Source: Candidatus Roizmanbacteria bacterium RIFCSPHIGHO2_12_FULL_37_23
Lineage (GTDB): Bacteria > Patescibacteriota > Microgenomatia > UBA1406 > HO2-37-13b
Assembly: GCA_001788095.1 (NCBI GenBank)
Contig: MFZX01000009.1
Location: 185 to 64,184 of the forward strand
Direction: 5' to 3'
Length of the DNA stretch: 64,000 nt
A program made the position numbers and the translations under genes. The notes under the pieces are model-generated. The model worked only from the letters and a program-made list of their open reading frames with translations. It did no database searches and had not been told where the DNA came from. Position 1 is the first letter of the stretch. Each line of letters begins with the position of its first letter. Of the stretch, positions 60,908 through 64,000 are shown piece after piece.

Positions 60908-61780
60908 CTATAAGCTAGCTAGATAATCAATAACCTTTTGTTTTCTCATTAAAGATGCATAAAGATACCTATTCTTTTCAGCTTGCTCTCTCGTTTGAAC
61001 ATCAGTTATAGATGAAATAAACGTATCGATTTCATTCTTCTCAACAGTAATTTTTTCCTTATCAGCAATCTCAGCAAGGATGAATTCAAGAGTATAAGTT
61101 TGAATAATCTCTTGTTGAATTTGTTCTTTGATTTGATCAGATGTTATTTTTTTTGATTGCAGATATGCATCCATAGTCATTCCGATTTTTTGTATATCAT
61201 CAACTAGTCGTGCTAGTTTTGCATTAACTTCTTGATCGATAATAAGTTGAGAAATTTCTAAGGTGGAATTCTTAATAATCTCTCCTAATATATCGTTAAC
61301 TATTTTTTCTTGTTTCTTACGTTTTTCAGCTTCGTCTTCCTTAGTTTGTGATTTTCCAGGTACCCAAATATCCTCTTTTTTTAGACCAGCTTTTATGGTT
61401 TGAGCAATTTTTTTATAGTCTGGAACTGCAACTATTGGACGTAGAGCGATAGTGATTTCAATAATCCAATCTTTTTCTTCTTTAGCTTGCTTAAGCTCTA
61501 TTTTAGGTGACATTGCTGGCTGTAGCTTCTCATTTTTTAGAATGTATTCGTATATTTGAGGTAAAAGATGATGAATGAGTCCATCATATATTTTTTCCTT
61601 CCCGATATGTTTTCGAGCAACATCTAAAGGTACTTTTCCTGTTCGAAATCCTTCTACTTTTACACTCTGCGCGAGTTCTTTGAATGACTCTTCGTATCGT
61701 TTTTGTATATCGTCTTTTGGTATGGTAACAACAAATTGAAGTGTACTCTTCTCAAGATCTTTTTTAGTGTAGTTAAACAT
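60908..61780 (-). CDS. tig: trigger factor, short form without a recognisable FKBP/PPIase domain
   Basis: 290 aa. N-terminal ribosome-binding domain with GFRTGKVP (the GFRxGxxP signature), followed directly by the helical C-terminal arm region. Confidence 0.75.
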   Translation of the reverse strand: MFNYTKKDLEKSTLQFVVTIPKDDIQKRYEESFKELAQSVKVEGFRTGKVPLDVARKHIGKEKIYDGLIHHLLPQIYEYILKNEKLQPAMSPKIELKQAKEEKDWIIEITIALRPIVAVPDYKKIAQTIKAGLKKEDIWVPGKSQTKEDEAEKRKKQEKIVNDILGEIIKNSTLEISQLIIDQEVNAKLARLVDDIQKIGMTMDAYLQSKKITSDQIKEQIQQEIIQTYTLEFILAEIADKEKITVEKNEIDTFISSITDVQTREQAEKNRYLYASLMRKQKVIDYLASL

Positions 61781-61806
61781 GATATTTCTTAATTAGTAAT
61801 TCAACG

Positions 61807-61887
61807 TGCCGGAGAGAGGATTTGAACCTCCACGCCTTACGGCACAGGATCCTAAATCCTGCGTGTCTGCCATTTCACCACTCCGGC
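61807..61887 (-). tRNA. tRNA-Leu (anticodon UAG), long variable arm
   Basis: Reverse complement GCCGGAGTGGTGAAATGGCAGACACGCAGGATTTAGGATCCTGTGCCGTAAGGCGTGGAGGTTCAAATCCTCTCTCCGGCA. Anticodon loop is TTTAGGA and the variable arm is GCCGTAAGGCGT. No encoded CCA. Confidence 0.9.
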
Positions 61888-61946
61888 AGAAATTTATACG
61901 ACCATTATATCATTGAGGAGTAGCAAATGGAGATGAAGATGAATTA

Positions 61947-62525
61947 TTACAACAGCTCATAATAGCGGTTAATTCTCTCTTCTTCTTCATCAAACGTGTT
62001 CATAATCCTGGCAACCTTTGGTGCCCAGGTTGTAGAACCACCAGCATATATGTGTCCTATCTCGTGCAATGAGGTTGCTCCTTTATCCATGTATCTAAAT
62101 TTAAGCGCATATCCTACTCGAGATATACCATCAGACCAGCTCGTGAACCTGATTGTTCCTTTACCGTATCCAAATGGATTAAATGTTCCTTGAATCATGT
62201 GTTGCGCAAATGTAGATTCAACTCCTGTAATAGAAGGGAGTAGATAGGGATCAAGTTTAAGTGCTCTCGCGACCATAGTAAAGTGTTCTGCTTCATGGAC
62301 AAGTGGAGAATTGTATTTCGCAAGGACATTTCTAATAACCATTGTATGAATAAGCTCTTTCTGTAATTTGTTTTGATCTTCCCTTGAAGATTGATAGAAT
62401 TGCTCAAGTTGAGCCGATTGTTCAGAAATTTCGCTTGCGTAAGCACGACTCTGAGTAAACAGAAAAATGGCCGTCAAAATTATTGTTTGAAATATTTTTT
62501 GTATCATAGTATTTGTTATATTCAT
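61947..62525 (-). CDS. secreted glucosaminidase-domain-like peptidoglycan hydrolase (paralog A)
   Basis: Signal-peptide-like N-terminus ending AYASE. Core is NSPL...LDPYLLPSITGVESTF...FNPFGYG, resembling the FlgJ/glucosaminidase pattern (ES...N.FG). Paralogous to 62644..63264. Confidence 0.45.
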   Translation of the reverse strand: MNITNTMIQKIFQTIILTAIFLFTQSRAYASEISEQSAQLEQFYQSSREDQNKLQKELIHTMVIRNVLAKYNSPLVHEAEHFTMVARALKLDPYLLPSITGVESTFAQHMIQGTFNPFGYGKGTIRFTSWSDGISRVGYALKFRYMDKGATSLHEIGHIYAGGSTTWAPKVARIMNTFDEEEERINRYYELL

Positions 62526-62530
62526 AACTG

Positions 62531-62581
62531 AAAAAGATCCTAGAGCCTCTCGATAAATAAATAACGAGAAACCCTAGGATC
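62531..62581 (-). terminator. long hairpin plus U5 between the two hydrolase paralogs (terminator-like; also the predicted 5' end of the downstream transcript)
   Basis: Minus strand GATCCTAGGGTTTCTCG-ttatttatttat-CGAGAGGCTCTAGGATC followed by TTTTT. About 17 bp including 3 G-U pairs. It ends 5 nt before the ATG at 62525. Confidence 0.6.
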
Positions 62582-62588
62582 TAGATAT

Positions 62589-62616
62589 ATTATATCATAA
62601 ACTATAGGCTTGTCAA
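62589..62616 (-). promoter_or_regulatory. near-consensus sigma70-like promoter (TTGACA-N16-TATAAT) firing into the hairpin
   Basis: Minus strand: TTGACA at 62616..62611, 16-nt spacer, TATAAT at 62594..62589. The predicted +1 is about 62582, the first base of the hairpin. Confidence 0.5.
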
Positions 62617-62643
62617 GTTTTGCATATAGAAGTAAAATGGAGA

Positions 62644-63264
62644 TTATGAGGACTCAATTTTACCAAAAAAATAACGAACAGCCCGAGCCCAACTATGAGA
62701 GCTTGGTGTATATTTTTTCATAATATCTTCAGTTGTTATGAGTCCATGATCGATATATTGAGCCTTAATACCCTCAGAAACCGTATGAATTGCGTCTTCA
62801 TATGATGCAAACCTTGTAACTGTATCGCCATAAATACCCCAACCCCAGCAATTGTGTGAGTTCTGAGGAATGAACCTGCAACCTGTTGATTCTTGTAATG
62901 CAATTGCTACAAGAAGTCTGTAGTCATATCCTTTGTCGTCAGCTTCTGCTACCAAAAGGTCAGTATGCTCAAATAAAGGAGAATTAATTTTACGCAGGTA
63001 TCTCTTGAGGTTAGCTGAGCGTCCATCAACAAGTTTGACCTCAGAATCGATTACTCCGGAAATAAACGGGCCTGTAGACTGTTGTGAACTGCCATCAGTA
63101 GCCTCAATTTTCTCAAGCTCACTCAATATTTTGGCTTGAGTTAGCCTCACATTATGAATCTGGTAATAGGAATATATAAGCGATATATTAAGTACTAAAA
63201 CTGCGAAGAAAGAAACAAGTAGAAATAGGTTATGTTTTGCTACACCATATAAAAAATGTCTCAT
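62644..63264 (-). CDS. membrane-anchored glucosaminidase-domain-like peptidoglycan hydrolase (paralog B)
   Basis: Start set at the internal ATG 63264 (MRHFLYGVAKHNLFLLVSFFAVLVL), right after the upstream stop. Core is NSPL...YRLLVAIALQESTG...NCWGWG. Confidence 0.45.
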   Translation of the reverse strand: MRHFLYGVAKHNLFLLVSFFAVLVLNISLIYSYYQIHNVRLTQAKILSELEKIEATDGSSQQSTGPFISGVIDSEVKLVDGRSANLKRYLRKINSPLFEHTDLLVAEADDKGYDYRLLVAIALQESTGCRFIPQNSHNCWGWGIYGDTVTRFASYEDAIHTVSEGIKAQYIDHGLITTEDIMKKYTPSSHSWARAVRYFFGKIESS

Positions 63265-63265
63265 T

Positions 63266-63811
63266 TTACAAGCGATAATAATATGTATTAAATTGTTTCC
63301 CTTTAGCTTCTTTATACAACAATTTCTCAAAAGATTCAATCTTAAAGCCATGAGAAACAACAACTGTTCCTCGCTTACATTCTGCCATAATTTTTGGAGC
63401 TAATAGTTTAAGGAGTTTGGGAAGAAGAAACACATAAATGATATTTGCATGAGAAAGGTCAACTACTTGTACTTTTGAGTATATAAAATGTGCTTTGCTG
63501 TGATAAAGGCCTTTGTTTATTATTTGAGAAAATACATAGAGAAATGGATTGAATTCTACTCCATATGTTTGAGCATCATGTGTTTTTTTAATATAAAAGA
63601 CTATGCGACCGTCGCCAGATCCGAGATCGTAAAAGATATCTTTTGACCTAATATGTACCGGTTTGAATATGTGATCTAAAAGCTTTTTTTGTGTCCCTAC
63701 ATAGGGTACTGAAAAGATCGCTGACATAAACGATGTAAAGAGATATATCATAACCAAGATCAGATATATCAAAATTAATTGGAGCACTATGAGGTAAACA
63801 AGTTGAACCAC
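63266..63811 (-). CDS. class I SAM-dependent methyltransferase with an N-terminal TM helix
   Basis: 181 aa with motif I FYDLGSGDGRIV and an acidic post-I residue (YGVEFN). Confidence 0.65.
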   Translation of the reverse strand: MVQLVYLIVLQLILIYLILVMIYLFTSFMSAIFSVPYVGTQKKLLDHIFKPVHIRSKDIFYDLGSGDGRIVFYIKKTHDAQTYGVEFNPFLYVFSQIINKGLYHSKAHFIYSKVQVVDLSHANIIYVFLLPKLLKLLAPKIMAECKRGTVVVSHGFKIESFEKLLYKEAKGKQFNTYYYRL

Positions 63812-63932
63812 AAAAGTAGTATACCCTATCGAATCTGCTATACCCCTTTGCTTTCGAATTGTGGGGTATAATACCTAACGGAGCCCCGAGTAAATCGGGG
63901 CGGAGTGGTATATAATTATCCTATTGGAGTAA

Positions 63933-64000
63933 GCCTCCGTAGCTTAATGGATAGAGCAGCGGTCTTCGGAACCGCTGATGGGGGTTCGATTCCCTCCGGA
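63933..64000 (+). tRNA. tRNA-Arg (anticodon UCG), truncated by the window end
   Basis: GCCTCCGTAGCTTAATGGATAGAGCAGCGGTCTTCGGAACCGCTGATGGGGGTTCGATTCCCTCCGGA.... Anticodon stem is GCGGT/ACCGC and the loop is CTTCGGA. The last ~4 nt of the acceptor stem are missing. Confidence 0.8.

Overview
This is a gene-dense, AT-rich bacterial window made up almost entirely of housekeeping genes. I infer it comes from a reduced-genome Candidate Phyla Radiation (Patescibacteria)-like organism. Supporting signs are domain-minimised translation factors, a secretin-less type IV pilus locus, a run of large GT-C membrane glycosyltransferase-like genes, an orphan 16S rRNA gene with a divergent 515F site, and no tRNA gene with an encoded CCA end.

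Supported content:
- About 70 CDS, including the dnaX-ybaB-recR, rpsB-tsf-frr-rseP-proS, dcd-thyA, rnc-nusB-rpmF and thrS-infC-rpmI-rplT-pheS-pheT clusters.
- One 16S rRNA gene.
- Six tRNA genes: Pro-CGG, Ile-GAU, Ala-CGC, Val-GAC, Leu-UAG, and a partial Arg-UCG.
- A 12-kb type IV pilus locus: a major pilin with its own promoter and terminator, pilC, pilT, pilB, four minor pilins and pilMNO, with sortase, PLP-enzyme and holB-like genes embedded in it.
- Four consecutive GT-C-type membrane protein genes next to the pilin.

I found no CRISPR array, transposase, integrase or recognisable defence system.

The most interesting sequence-level observation is a Thr-codon-rich leader ORF (MNTRNCFTTTTTSCP) with mutually exclusive hairpins and an intrinsic terminator directly upstream of thrS. 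This is the architecture of a ribosome-mediated attenuator. I cannot match it to a described thrS control mechanism.

Other leads:
- A recurring leaderless promoter/start-codon geometry.
- tRNA genes butted directly against CDS.
- A possible pilin/surface glycosylation module.
- A class-2-like PyrD with a class-1-type Cys base, coupled to a PNPOx-like flavoprotein.
- A membrane-anchored Clp/Hsp100-like ATPase with a dead D1 domain.
- A kinase/pseudokinase pair where pyrH normally sits.
- A YbeY-like protein lacking the metal-binding His triad.

All functional calls rest on by-eye motif recognition in the supplied translations. No database search or computation was run.
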